This document shows, one piece after another, positions 39,357 to 55,276 of a DNA stretch of 64,000 bases. The translations under genes and the position numbers were made by a program. This DNA comes from Octopus vulgaris. Its lineage: Eukaryota. Location: assembly GCA_951406725.2 (NCBI GenBank), contig OX597814.1:143902001-143966000 (forward strand), in the 5' to 3' direction. The notes under the pieces were generated by a model. That model saw only the letters and a program-made list of their open reading frames with translations, made no database searches and was not told the origin of the DNA. Numbering within the stretch: the stretch's first letter is position 1; each line of letters begins with the position of its first letter.

Positions 39357-41083
39357 TAAAGGGTGTGAAGGGTATTCGCGGACAGTTTTGGTATACAGTA
39401 AAACAACTATATTTCAGTGTAAATAAATACGTATTTAAATAAATATTTATGCAATTAGTTTTGATAATGATTTTTTTCGCAAATTATTAAATGAAACCGT
39501 CTTCGGCTTCGATGACTGCTTCATTGCGGGACCGAAACCGCTGGCATACTGACACTATATTGTCCTTATTCATTTCGGATATCACCTGGACAATGACAGC
39601 CTTCAGTGAAGCTTTGATATTATGAAGACGACGATTAGTCTCCCTTCCAACAGTACTCCACACGTAGGAAACTATAGGGTTCAAATCTGGCGAGTTTGGA
39701 GGCCACATGGTAGGTGCTACATAATCGTAAACATTATCTGACAACCATTCTTGGGTGACTAAGGCCTTGTAAGAAGGTGCTGAGTCTTGATGAAACACGT
39801 ATAGTCTTTCAATGCATACTTCATCAATCCAGGACTTGATAACAGTTTCCAGTGCATCAATGTATCCAGCAGTATTAATTCTAAGACCCTGTGGAAAAAA
39901 TGGGGAGGCATCACATGACCTTCGCTATTTACCACTCCTAAAACCATCACAGTTACTGGAAATTTCGTGCGCGTCACTCTGAGAACTTCAGAAGGATCTG
40001 CACATAACCACCTGTCATTTTTTTCTGTTAGACTTTTGATCCTGGTCAAAGTTTCTTCGTCAGAGAAAAACCAAAGCGTGCCTTGTTCATGAGGGTTTTT
40101 CACTTTGTTAAGTAACAGTTTTGAACGGATGAGACGGTTTGCCTGTGTCTTTGCAGACACGAATTGGCCTTTCCTCATTACATAGGACTTGTATCAAATG
40201 TCACGATTTACCACAGTTCTGATAGTCCACTCTGACACCCGACGTTCTTTAGGAATGGACCTCAATGATCTTCTAGGGTTTTCATCGATAATGTTTTGAA
40301 CATGTATAAATTCCGGTGTCCTCTTAATGTCTGAGCGTTGTGAATGTATTTTTTCTCTCTCTGATACAGGTGAAACATTACCGTCACATGCCTCCAATTC
40401 TAACCGAACTTTGTGCACACATGATATTTCAACATTTAGAAAGTCGCTAAATTCTGAATCCCTCTGGTTTGCTTGTATAGCAATTATGACTGCATGTCTT
40501 TTCGTTTCTTGAATTAGCATGATATCTTGAAAGGGTTATCTGAAAAAAAAAAAGATACACATATAGGCGCAGGAATGGCTGTGTGGATATAGGCGCAGGA
40601 GTGGCTGTGTGGATATAGGCGCAGGAGTGTCTGTGTGGTAAGTAGCTTGCTTACCAACCACATGGTTCCGGGTTCAGTCCCACTGCGTGGCACCTTGGGC
40701 AAGTGTCTTCTACTATAGCCTCGGGCCGACCAAAGCCTTGTGAGTGGATTTGGTAGACGGAAACTGAAAGAAGCCCGTCGTATATATGTATATATATGCG
40801 TTTGTGTGTCTGTGTTTGTCCCCCTAGCATTGCTTGACAACTGATGCCGGTGTGTTTATGACCCCGTAACTTAGCGGTTCGGCAAAAGAGACCGACAGAA
40901 TAAGTACTGGACTTACAAAAGAATAAGTCCCGAGGTCGAGTTGCTCGATTAAAGTCGGTGCTCTAGCATGGCCGCAGTCAAATGACTGAAACAAGTAAAA
41001 GAGTATAGGTAGAGTACACTAAATAATTTCAAGGTGTAATGAACTGAAAATGAAATGTCCTGAATTATCCCTCGCACCCTGTA
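39357..41083 (-). mobile_element. maT (DD37D) Tc1/mariner transposon, frameshifted, with degenerate TIRs
   Basis: WFFSDE, FHQDSAPSY and WPPNSPDLNPI motifs; 37 residues from the second D to the third catalytic position (now V); TIRs agggtgtgaagggtattcgcggaca and tgtcctgaattatccctcgcaccctg. Confidence 0.9.
40561..41005 (+). mobile_element. Full-length SINE A with triplicated 26-bp head, nested in the maT element
   Basis: atataggcgcagga.tg.ctgtgtgg three times, then the canonical SINE A body. Confidence 0.9.
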
Positions 41084-42088
41084 AATATGTCACTGAAACC
41101 GAAAAACCGGCCCTTATGAGCCAGCATTACTTGAGAAGATGCCTTTACCTTTACCATATACATACACAGTAAGTATTGTCTTGAGTCCTACGGCTTACAG
41201 GACCGTTCAGGTTACTATGGTTTATAAGTGATCGAGAATATTACAGGCCCCGAAACGGGCAAGGTTGCTCATTTACAGTCGAGTGGACTTGAGCAGCGTG
41301 AAGCCCGGCCCAGGAATCGAAACCACAAAATTGCGATCGTAAGTACAACACCCTAATCACCGGACCACACACTCACGTACGTACGCACACACACACACAC
41401 GTATGCACACGCACATATACATATGTATACGTGTGTGTATGTTTGTATGTACACACACATATGTATATATATTCATCTGAATGCATGCATACATACATGT
41501 GTGCATGTGCGTGCACGTGTGTGTGTGTGTGTTTGAAAGGAGAGTAAAGTCTGGTTCATATTACTTGCAGTTTCAATACCACCCAAGTTCGTTGAGATCA
41601 ATTACATCAAGCTCAGCTAACTCCTACAGGTGGATCGTTCAACTTGTGAAATGTTTTGCTAAGTATACATACATACGCATATGTGTGTGCGTATGCATGT
41701 ATGTAAGTATGTGCGTATATGCATGTATTCATCTGTGTATTTATGCACGTATGTATGTACATTCGTCTGCAAGCTCGGACGTATGTATATAATTATGTAT
41801 GACTGCATAATTAAGATAAATAAATAATTACAAACCACAATTCCGATTTCATATATAATCTTTCTATTTCATGAGACACTGCTTAAAATAATGGAAAAAA
41901 CACATAATATCTCGACTTCTATTATAAGGTTTTGATGATTATTTTCAAATTATAAGGTCTTTCTTGAAAACTAAAATCTATACCTGATATATATGTGTAT
42001 ATGTGTGTGTTTGTATACAAATACATACATAGATACATACATATACATACATCTCTTCTATCTTTTCTCTTTTCAAAAAATATGTTTC

Positions 42089-43529
<1,441 letters not shown>

Positions 43530-43639
43530 TCCAAATTCCAGAAAGAAAGCCACCCTATTAATCGACAAGCGGAGTCAGTAGCCAGGCTGCTTCAGCCATT
43601 TGCTCAGGATCACACAGTGTCTTCTAACTACTTCCTGTA

Positions 43640-43865
43640 TGATTATTAAAATGTTCTAAGGTGACGAGCTAGCAGAATCATTAGCACGCTTAGCGGTATT
43701 TCGCCCGTCGCTACGTTCTGAGTTCAAATTCCGCCGAGGTCGACTTTATGCTTCATCCTTCCGGGATCAATAAACTAAGTACCAGTGAAACACTGGAGCC
43801 GATATAATCGACTAGTCCCTCCCAAACCCCACAGAATTTCAGGCCTTGTACCTTTAGTAGAAAAG
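43640..43865 (+). mobile_element. SINE B
   Basis: gagctagcagaatcattagcacgc...gagttcaaattccgccgaggtcgac; further minus-strand copies at 44670-45100 and 46100-46285. Confidence 0.85.
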
Positions 43866-44132
43866 TTTATTAAAATGGTCTCTCCTTGCCTGTATTAATT
43901 ACCTATTTACCTATCTTTTCCATTGAGTTGCATGCGACTCTCAACATGCATACATTGTTTACCTCACACCGCCACTCTACTTACTATGTTTAAGTTATCA
44001 ACCACGAACTAAACTCTTAACCCACTCTGCTTTCTTTCCCAGAATTGTAACTCTCTGTAATTCTCTTCTTGGCTACATATATTTCCTAGAGACACTGACC
44101 TACAGACTAAAAACAAAACAAAAAATTCATGA

Positions 44133-44290
44133 ATGTGTGGCAAGAAGTTTGTTTCCAAATCACATGGCTCCTGGTTCAATCCTACTGTCAGACACCTTGG
44201 GCAAGTGTTTTCTATTATAGCTTCGAGTCAATCAAAACCTTGTGAGCGATTTAGTGGACGGAACCCAAAAGAAGCCCATCGTGTATGTAA

Positions 44291-44321
<31 letters not shown>

Positions 44322-44600
44322 TGTATGTATGTATGTATGTATGTATGTATGTATGTATGTATGTATGTATGTATGTATGTCTTTGCCTTTGACTTCCTTC
44401 ATAGCTTGACAACCAGTGTTGGTCTGTTTATGTCCACGTTCGTAACATAACAGTTCGGTACAAGAAACCGATGGAATAAGTACCAGGCATTAAAAATAGG
44501 TGCTGAGTCGATTCGTTCGGCTAAAATCCTTCAAGGCTGTTGCCCAGCATATCCGCAGTAAAATGGCCGCAGTCAAATAACTGAAGCAAGTCAAAGAGAA
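44133..44600 (+). mobile_element. SINE A, diverged
   Basis: caccttgggcaagtgttttctattatagc; further copies at 45860-46045, 46578-47003 (-), 48250-48585, 49185-49468 (-) and 59110-59400. Confidence 0.85.
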
Positions 44601-45506
44601 AAAGCTTATTCTTTGCAGCCTGAAAGACACTAACAAGATCAAAGGTATCTATCGACCCTTTCGAGTATATGCTGGTTTCAAATTTTGGCACAAGACCAAC
44701 AATTTCGGATGAGGCGGATAAGTAGATTACATTGACTCCATTACTCAACGGGTACTTATTTTGCCGACCTCGAAAAGACAAAGACGACCTCGGAGGCATT
44801 CGAACACAAAGCGTAAATTCAGAAGAAATGTCGCCAAGCATTTTGTCCAGCGCCGTATCAATTCTGCCAGCTCGCCACCTTCTAGTTATATATTGGTTTC
44901 AAATTTTGTTACAAGTCCAGTAAGCTCGGGGGACGGATAAATCGTTACTATCGACTTTAGTGCTCAACTGGTACTTATTATATCGACCCTGAATGGATGA
45001 AACATAAAGTCGACCACGGCGGAATTTTAATTCCGAAAGCGGACGAAATGCCGTTAAGCGTTGTACCAGGTGTGGTAACGATTCAGCCAGCTCACCGTCT
45101 TCTTGTGATTTTATATCTCAAAGCAAAAACAAAAACAAAAACAAAAACACAAAATATAAATACATATGCAGCCAACAAAAAGAAAAAAAGAAGAAAAATG
45201 ACTGAAACCTCTGTTTGGTCACATTTCTTTTCTTTATTACTTTTCTATTTTGCTTTGTTTGACTACCAGGGAAATAATATGTAGCAACAATATGTTCTGT
45301 TGCCTACTGAATATTAAAATTCCTACACGAACTTGAAACAAATTAATCAAAATATCTAAGAGGTGAAATTACTGAATTATAAAATTTCATCAAACAAAAT
45401 ATGAAAGGAATCCGTTCAGCCTGATGTCAAGTTCTTATTGTTATGTTATGAACGAGTTGTCTTAAATTATTTTTATAAGAGTATTCAAAACAAATTCATA
45501 ATCATA

Positions 45507-45542
<36 letters not shown>

Positions 45543-46334
45543 CATGAATTTAGATTGATTTGATTTGGAGATTTCAGTTTAGAACAACAAAAGAAATGAG
45601 TGAATGAATTTTATGTTATTTGTTACTCAAAAGCTACGACTTTAAAATCTGAAGTCTACAAATAATTTTTCATTTACAATGAATCGTTTGAATATAATTC
45701 TAAGCGTGTGCGAGCGGATTTTGACAAAGCAATTTGTCGACATTTACATTCCTTCCGATCAGGAAATAAGGGGGAAAGGCATCAAGAAAAACAGAATTGT
45801 TTATTTTAATATATTGTGAATATAGTGGCTAGCTTGTAGAATCGTTAGGATGTATATGTGTGTGTCATAGTCTCTGTGTTTGTCTTGGTGATGCCGTGTT
45901 TACGTTCCCGTAACTTAGTGGTTCGGCAAAAGAGTACGAGGCTTTAAAAATAAGTACTGGGGTCGACTTGTTCGACTAAAATCCTTAAAGGTGGCGCCCT
46001 AGCATGGCCGCAGTCCAATGACTGGAACCGGTAAATGATAGCATATACAACCTGCATTTTTTATATATACAAGGATCGATAAAGTTCAGCTTTAAATTGA
46101 TTTCAAAATTTGGCACAATGCCAGTAAGTTCAGTTGGGGGGGGGGGGCAAGTTGATTACACCTATCCCGAAAAAAATGAAAGGCAAAGTCAGCGTAATTT
46201 GAACTCAGAACTTGAAGGCGGACGAAATACCGCTTTGCATTTTGACCAGCGTGCTAATGATTCTACCAGCACGCTGCCTTAAAGTTCCGCAAGAAATTAA
46301 TATCAGTTTCTTAATACCAAAGAATACCATTTAT

Positions 46335-46555
46335 TTAACCTTTTAGCATTTAAACCAGCCAAAATATTTTTGCTTCTTTTATGTTTAAACTGGCCAGATC
46401 CAACATTTCACCCCTACCCTACAATGTCATTGTAGAAAATAAACAATCTCATCATTGAAATTTTGAAGCCACATGATAATACATGTTTAATTCAAAACAA
46501 TCTGTTTAAATAAGCATTGCATTTGACAGAGTTATCTGAATACGAAACGATTACA
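46335..46555. mobile_element. Possible piggyBac-type MITE
   Basis: Begins ttaaccttttagcattt; right end is degenerate. Confidence 0.35.
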
Positions 46556-46795
46556 GCGAACATATAGATGATTGGTATACTCTTTACTCTTTTACTTGTT
46601 TCAGTCATTTGACTGTGGCCATGCTGGAGCACCGCCTTTAGTCGAGCAAATCGATCCCAGGGCTTATTCTTTGTAAGCCTAGTACTTATTCTATCGGTCT
46701 CGCTAAGTAACACACCAGCATCGGTTGTCAAGCGATGGTGGTGGTGGGGGACAAACACAGACACACAAACATATACACACACATACATACATACA

Positions 46796-46886
<91 letters not shown>

Positions 46887-48589
46887 GACGGGCTTCTTTC
46901 AGTTTCCGTCTACCAAATTCACTCACAAGGCTTTGGTCGGCCCGAGGCTATAGTAGAAGACACTTGCCTAAGGTGCCACGCAGTGGGACTGAACCCGGAA
47001 CCATATATATATATTATGAATATTTATCTTACTGTGTCCCAGTACTTTGAAAAATAGAGTGACTTCGCTCACAATTTGAAATTGGTGCCAAAAGAGATAA
47101 AACTAAATTCGATAATGAACTGAGTTTGGTTATTCTTAACCTCTAATCCTACGCCTCCCTTCTATTAATTAACATCATATCTGATTCCTTCGCTAAAAAA
47201 TCTAATGGTTTGAGGTCCAGATTGTGCTGTTATCGATAAGTCACTATTATCAATAAAATTACATTTGGCATTTAACTAGTTTACACTATTAAGTTATTTA
47301 ATATTGCCTGTAGCCATTTTCATACCCCTGTTAGCACTCAACCGTACCTCTCATTGAAAGCCAATCCACACTCATCAGACTAAATTATCTACGACATACA
47401 GCAAAACGATTAATTACATTCCTCACCTGACAGCGATTTTCCTTCCTTTGTTTATTAAACCGTGATATTACATATTCTACACACAGCGTACATTCACATA
47501 CCAAAAGAATGACACATTCACATACAAACGTGTTCACGTACACCACTGTGAGATTCATTTATTTATTTATTGTTTGTTTGTTTGTTTACTTCTTTTTATT
47601 GTTCTTGTTTTTCAAAGTGTATTGAATTTAATTTACAATTTATACAATCGAAGAAATAGTTACAACTCGATATGTGGATACAACCACCTGTTTTGAAGTT
47701 GATAGACATGCGTTAAATATTTTGTAAATGTCACACAGATGTCTGAAGTAAATAATGTGAATATTGTGTGTCCAGCTCCTTACATAACCGCTTGAAGAAA
47801 TTTAACATTATTGATGCCTCTAATGCCTTTGGCAAAGCCATTAAGACGCACGCCTTAGCACTTACTCAACCCTTAAAGATATAAAGAGTTTCACTAGGGA
47901 AAATAAACTGTAAAACAACCACACAGTAGGGTGTGATTTGAAGAAGATTTGGCTATTATTTCTTGCATGTCAAGCGACCATGTACAAACTCCATCCTGGC
48001 TTGCTTGAAGTGTCATAAGTGTAATCAGTCCAACAGTGATAGATGGTTCGTAGATTAAATTCTAAAGAGATAAGGGATTTTAGATTTTAGCGAGTAAATC
48101 TAAAAAGATAAGGGATTTTAGATTTCTTCCAACCACTTGAAGATTTTCAAATTTTCATCAGACTATTTTTTTTAAACGTGCTTTGGATCTAGTTTTGCAA
48201 GCGGATGACAAGAATCTTATTGTTTTTTGTTGAGTTTTTTTGGGGGGGAGGTAGCTCTGTGGTAGGAAACTAGCTTCACAATCGTATGGTTCCGGGTTCA
48301 GTCCCACTGCGTAGCACCTTGGGCAAGTGTCTTCTACTATAGCCTCAGGCTATATGTGCGTGAGTGTGTGTGTGTGTGTGTGTGCGTTTGTCCTCCTGCC
48401 AACGCTTAACAACCGTTGCTAGTGTTTATGTCCCTGCAACTTAGCAGTTCGGCAAAAGAGACCGATAGAATAAGTACTACGCTTACAAAGAATAAGTCCT
48501 AAGATCGATTTCTTCCACTATACCCTTTAATGGCGCGGCTCCGGCATGGCCGCAGTCAAATGACTGAAACAAGTAAGAGAGTAAACATT

Positions 48590-49110
48590 TGAAATTATAA
48601 AATTTTAACCAATCAGTCAGCTCTATGACTGGACAGACTGGAAGTTGTGGCTGTTCCCATGGGAACAGCAAACACAAAATTCTTACGTGGCCTCTCGACC
48701 TACCAGAAATATAAACCAAATCTTTCTTAGACTATTCTATGACGTCTTAAAAGCAAAAGAGATGAAACTTATGCCACAGCATCGTTTATTTCTTGAGGCA
48801 GGTTCAATGAGTGTTATTGACAACATTTAAATTAATCTTCACGTATGTAAACTTTTATCGAACAGGTGACTCTTAAAACACTTGCCGAACCCCACAAATA
48901 TTATTAATAACACTTGTTGGCCCCTCCTGAAGCATGGAAATAAACGGTGCTGTGACACAAGTTTCGTCTTATTTGCATTCTAGACATTGTGATACAGAAA
49001 GATTTGGCTGGTATTCCTAGCCATCCGAGAGACTACGCAAATGCTTCGTGTAAGCAGTTCCAACCTCTCTAGCGTTGGAGCCGACCAACTGGTTAAAATT
49101 ACATAATTTT
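48590..49110. repeat. Old degenerate foldback (~240-bp arms)
   Basis: aattttaaccaatcagtcagctct pairs with ggagccgaccaactggttaaaatt; cacagcatcgtttatttc pairs with gaaataaacggtgctgtg. Confidence 0.75.
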
Positions 49111-49611
49111 ACGTGCTTGTATCCTCTTTATTATTAATTTCTAGAAAAAATGAATGCGATTTTCGTCATCAGCAAGCAAAACTACATCTTTTGCCGAACC
49201 GCTAGGTTACGGAGACATAAACACACCAACATCGGTTGTCAAGCGATGTTGGGGGGACAAACACAGACACACATACATATATATATATATATATACATAT
49301 ATACGACGGGCTTCTTTCACTTTCCGTCTATCAAATACACTCACAAGGCTTTGGTTGGCCCGAAGCTATAGTAGAAGACACTTGCTCAAGGTGCCACGCA
49401 GTGGGACTGAACCCGGAACCATGTGGTTGGTAAGCAAGCTACTTACCACACATCTACTCCTACGCCTTCTATATTTTGAAAAAAATAATTTGTTGAAAAT
49501 TTGAAAAATTTCATATGGTTGGAGGAATTTAACAAGATCCGAGATATTAACATTGCAGTTCTAAATCTCCACTGCAAATTGAGTCTAACAGAAAGAACTG
49601 TTGCTCTGAAG

Positions 49612-49901
49612 CCGGTTATTCTCAACTGGGGTCGATATGAGTCCACGCAAGCAAAATAGCAAATTGGAACCCGCAGTAGTATATTAAGGGTCCATGAAAA
49701 GATTTATTTATTGCAACTAGATTTCTTTCTCTAACGTTTTATATAGTTCAACCTACACAAGACAGTGTGTGAAAAACAAAATAGGAATTTTGAACATATC
49801 TATAAAACTAGTTTTTAAATATCGAATGGTCACGGGGTGGGGTTCCCCCGAGTAAAATAGTAATAAAAGGGGTCCATTTGTAAAATGGTTGAAAATCACT
49901 G
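49612..49901. mobile_element. hAT-type MITE
   Basis: Ends ccggttattctcaac and ggttgaaaatcactg; related end caggggttctcaacc near 61645. Confidence 0.55.
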
Positions 49902-50101
49902 CAGTTTGGTCAGTCTTACAGCTTTCATCAATTTGAATTCAGATAAAATTTTGAAGAACTGACGCAGTTTTGAAAAATCTATAACATTAGATTTTTTTAT
50001 TGTGAGCAGCAACTGAGATGATCGACCTGAAAATGAAAGGATTTTGTGGGAATTTGCTTTGAGGATATTGAAGTTATGTTGTATTTTCACATGTATTGAT
50101 T

Positions 50102-50447
50102 TCGGGATCCGGGACCCCCTTCGGTCACGACACTGACCATGGGATTGCACCAAGAAAGTCACCCTCCTAGTCACAAGTCTGGGCATGGTTGTTTATGGAA
50201 GACCAGCAGTCGCCCATGCATACCAGCCTCCCCTCTCCACGCCACCAGTGTTATCCAAGGGAAAGACAAAGGTCGATACAGCTTGGCACCTGTAACGTTG
50301 CAACTCATATTTACAGCTGAGTGAACTGGAGCAACGTGAAATAAAGTGCCTTGCTCAAGAACACAACACGCAGCCCGGTCCGGGATTCGAGCTCACAACC
50401 TCACGATCGTAAGCTCGACGCTCTAATCACTGAGCCATGCGCCTTCA
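50102..50447 (-). mobile_element. SINE with family D head and CORE-like domain but a different 3' half
   Basis: Head tgaaggcgcatggctcagtg...; TSD-like tgtattgatt on both flanks. Confidence 0.85.
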
Positions 50448-50898
50448 CGTGTATTGATTATCGATTGATAAATATATAAAAATGATCGAATTTAATATAA
50501 AAGACTGATAACATTTACAACGCTGTGGTAACCTCCACCGGTTGACCAAAATAAAATAGCAGGATTGTGACTATAGTTTTCCAGGCACTGTTTTATGGCA
50601 CTCTCAGTAATCTGCTAACCAAGACACAAGGAAATCGACACATAAGGATATGAAAGTGGGTATCTTTTCAGAACCATGGGGATTACTGCTGGTGAACTTT
50701 GGACGCTGATAATATAAAAAAAATAAAATACAGAACATGTTACGCGTCCGTCATGGTGCCCTACGCAAATGCAATATTTAAGCGATAAATAATGATGATG
50801 ACGATGACTTTCTGTTATAGTCGAAATTATTAATTTGTCCCCTCCCTCCAAAATTTCAGACCTTCTGCCTATAGTAGAAGTAACAGAAAGGATTATAT

Positions 50899-51795
50899 AT
50901 TTCTTTACTACCTACAAGGGGCTAAACACAGAGGGGACAAACAAGGACAGACAAACGGATTTAGTCGATTATATCAACCCCAGTGCGTAACTGGTACTTA
51001 ATTTATCGACCCCGAAAGGATGAAATGCAAAGTCGACCTCGGGGGAATTTGAACTCAGAACGTAGCGGCAGATGAAATACCACTAAGCATTTCGCCCGGC
51101 GTGCTAACGTTTCTGCCAGCTCGCCGCCTTAAAGAATACAAAGGATTATAATCTAAATGTTTGGTCGGAAGTATTATATGTATATTTGTTTCAAATTTTG
51201 GCACAAGGCCAACGATTGTACGTAGAGGGGCTAAATCGATTTCATCGCCCCCAGTACTTGACTGGTACTTTATTTTACTGACTCCTGAAAGGAGGAAAGC
51301 CAAAATTGTTTGCGGAGGGATTTAGAACATAAAGAACCAGAAGAAGTACTACTGCTAAGCATTTTGTCCGACGCGCTAACGATCCAGAATGTTCGCCGCC
51401 TTTCATTGTTATGCGTATTTTTCTTTCTTTCTAGAAAGTACAAGGACTGAAATTTAAGGGGAAAGGGGCTAGCTGATTGCATTGACCCCAGTACCCAACT
51501 GTTAATTATTTTATCGACCTCGAAAGGACGAAAAGTAAAGTCGACCTCGGTGGAATACGAATTCATTGTTATATGCATATCGGTTCCAAATTTTGGAACA
51601 AAGCCAGCAATTTCAGAGAGGGAGCAAGTCGATTACATCGACTCCAGTGTTCAACTGGTACTTATTTTATCGACCCCGAAAGGATGAAAGGCAAAGTCGA
51701 CTTCGGCAGCATTTGAACACAGAAGGTAAAGGCAGGCGAAATGCCGCTAAGCATTTTTCCCGGTGTGTTAACGACTCTGCCAGCTCGCCGCCTTT
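50899..51795 (-). mobile_element. Cluster of four co-oriented SINE B copies
   Basis: Copies at 50899-51130, 51185-51400, 51435-51555 and 51580-51795. Confidence 0.85.
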
Positions 51796-53009
51796 TTCGC
51801 TACATGTATATTAACACCTATTTTGTTACTTACTTCTTTATAGTATAGTTGACTAAATTTTTGCCCAGAAAGCAATTTGATCCAACAATATAGATTCTCT
51901 TTTTCATCACTTAAGAGCAAATTCGTTTTAACACAACCAAATTTGTACGGAAGAATATTTCATCCAACGAGAGCATTAAAAAATCCAATGACATCCCGTG
52001 TTTCCCTACAACGCCAGATTTGTTCCTGTTAGATAAACTGACAACACAAATATGACTGTCGACAGCTAGATCTATAATTACAAGCCCTGCCAGGTTTCTA
52101 ATAACTAGTCTCTGTCAGTCAAGTTATATCAATGAACAAGGTTTAACAAGTAAACTCCGATCTGGCAACAGTGTGAATTCATTTAAGAACGGTCCGTTTT
52201 TGCGGTAGCTGCTATATACTATGTATTTAATTGAAGAGTGAGTGATAGAAAATGATAAAGAGTAATGACATTTCTATTCAATGTCCAGCAAAGCTAAATG
52301 TATATAAGGACCGATAGTGAGTTAACTGATGTTTAGCTAATCGCCAACGAAATAGCAAGCGCATCATGTCAGTGTCTCTAGTGGGGGAGGAAATGGGCGC
52401 ATGGCGTTTAATAAAGAATATCCCCAGGATAATTCTTGTCTAGTAAATAAATATGGTCACTCAGTGAGCGGTGCTGAAAACGCTTTAAATAGGAGGATAT
52501 ATTGAGAAAGTAAAGGACATCTGAGAGAAAAGACGTGAAATTGATACAGTTACTCCTGGCTCAGCCCTCATACGGAGACATAAGGGAAAGACAATGCCAG
52601 GGAATCACACAGATGAAATCGAAAGAAAAAAAAAGAACTTTTCTTACAGTTTTTTTTATTTAATCATTAATTTTTGTTTTCATTTTTAATCTTTATTTTA
52701 CGTATTGTTTTCTTCTTACTTAATTCTTTAATAATTAAAGAGCCAGTAGGGGGTTTTGCCAGTTGGATTGGTCAGGATACATCAGATAATTGTCTCGGAT
52801 CGTCCGGGTCTTTTCTAACACGACAAACAGACAGACGGTCGATAAAGCAATAGTTTCTAACACTTAGTTGATTGACGTTGCGGTAAGTCTAAACCTATCA
52901 ACTCCTGACAAGTTTTTTTTTGTTTCGTTATTTTTTTCTTCTTCCCTGTTTTATTTATTTATTTTCTTCGTTGTGGCGATGATATTGAATCAAAGAACAT
53001 CTACGGACA

Positions 53010-53307
53010 GCGACGACAACAACAACAACAACAACAACATGGATCTTTTAGAATAGCATCAGCAACAACAACAACAGCAACAGTAACAACAACAACAATA
53101 TGGATTTACAATAACAACACTCTTAACAACAGTACACCTTCAACATCAACAAATCAAATCAACTTCTTTCTATTCCCTGGCGTGCCATGTCATAAACAGA
53201 AAACATAAACATCGACATCAAGAACGATGTTATCGAGATCATTAGCAGCAACAGCAACAACGAAAACCACCACCACTACCACCACCACCACCACCACCAC
53301 CACCACC

Positions 53308-53339
<32 letters not shown>

Positions 53340-54337
53340 AACAACAACAGTTATTTTGCATTTTTTTAAATGACAAAGACAATGCAAGAAAAAAAAAGAG
53401 GTTATGTTTACGATTTCTAAAAATCCTTAATTTATTTGATAATTATATTTTTGTATATTTCTGGTCACAATAATATAATAATGTCGTTGAGGTTGTTGCT
53501 AGTGGTAAAAGTGGTGGTGGTGGTGGTGGTGTTGGTGGTGGTGGTGGTGGTGGTGGTAGTGGTGGCAGTGATTGTTGTTGGTGGTGTTGGTGGTGATAAA
53601 TGTTGTTGTGATGGTGTAGCGATTCTGGTCGGTATAGTGATTGCAGGAGTGGTTTGAGTGGTTATGGTGAGGATAATGGCTGCTGTAGTGGCGGTGCTAG
53701 TTGTGGTTGCGCATATGGTGGTGGTAGTGGTGGCGATGGTGGTGATGGTGGTGAAAGATTTTGTTGTATTATTGGTTTATGTCGTAGTGGTGTTGACGGT
53801 TGAGGTGATAGTAGTTATGTTGATAGTAGCAGTGGCAGTAGTGTTGGTGGTAGTGGTAGTAGTAGTTAGAGGCTCATCTCTTTTTTAGCTTTCGCCCTCC
53901 CTCCTCTTAGCCCATTTCTTCTTCTTCTTCTTCTTCTTCTTCTTCTTTTCTACCTTCTTTTCCCCGTTTTCATCTTTTTCTTTTCTTTCTACTCCTCTAA
54001 CTTTTTCTTCTCCTTCTCATCCTCCTCCTTTCTTTTTTTTTCTCTTTTCTTCTTCTTCTTCCTCCTACTTCTTCCTCGTCTCCTCTCTTCCCCTGCCCCT
54101 CCTACTCCTCATCCACCTTCTCCATCTTCTTTTCCTATTTTCTTTTCTCCTTCTCCTCCTCCTTCTCCACCACTGCTATTACGAACATTATTAATACTAT
54201 CACCTATGCCATCATCAACACCACCAACTCAACTAGTTCTAATACTACTTCTACTACAATATACAACTACATAAACCACCACCATCACCACCACTGCTAC
54301 TACTACTACTACTACTACAACGTGCACATACATACAT

Positions 54338-54370
<33 letters not shown>
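53010..54370. repeat. Low-complexity tracts (CAA/CCA/GGT and a long polypyrimidine run at 53890-54170)
   Basis: Visible base composition. Confidence 0.85.
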
Positions 54371-54376
<6 letters not shown>

Positions 54377-54708
54377 TACTGCAATAAAATTACTTCCTTG
54401 GGTTTGATGGTATATGCGGCATCTCCATGGGAACTGTCAACCTAGCTGTTCGTTTAGCTTATCACCGTGACTGTAATAGTGCAATCGTTAATGGTAAAAA
54501 GAGAGAAACGTGTGTGGCGGGATGGAGAGCTAAGACTGGTCGTGAATGTTGTTGTTACTGTTTTTGATGTGGTGGTGGTGGTGGATAATGGAGACGGTGG
54601 TGATAGTGTTGATTGCAGCAGGAGAGAAAGGGCTACAAACGGAATGGTGTCTGGCTGAGAGACGCACGTGGCTTAATCTTTAGTCTGTGGTGATGACGTG
54701 AAGACGGC

Positions 54709-54806
<98 letters not shown>

Positions 54807-54848
54807 GAGATAGATAAATATAGAGAGAGGGTGGAAAGTGTGTGTGTG

Positions 54849-54879
<31 letters not shown>

Positions 54880-55276
54880 AGGAGAGAGCGCAGAGGAGAA
54901 GAGGCAGGATGTTGAGAAGTCGTGAGCAGAGAAAACAAAAACAAAAGAAAAAATTGAAGACGGCGAAGGCGTTGACAGAAGTGACTGCTGTACGTATGAG
55001 CGTGTGTGTGTATATATATATATATATATCTGTGTGTGTGTGTGTGTGTGTGTGAACAGCAGGCGTGTGGCCGTGTCTCCTACCTATGTTTACACTCTGA
55101 AAACTGAAGTTCTTTATGTTTCTGACCCATTATATACCGCAACCTAGCTCTTCCGACAAGTAGAGATCGATAAATAAGTATCATACAGAAATAAGTATTT
55201 TACGATAGTGCCCTTCATGTAATTGCAGTCATATGACTGTGAGACCATCAATGTCATATGTGAGTCCGCATGTATA

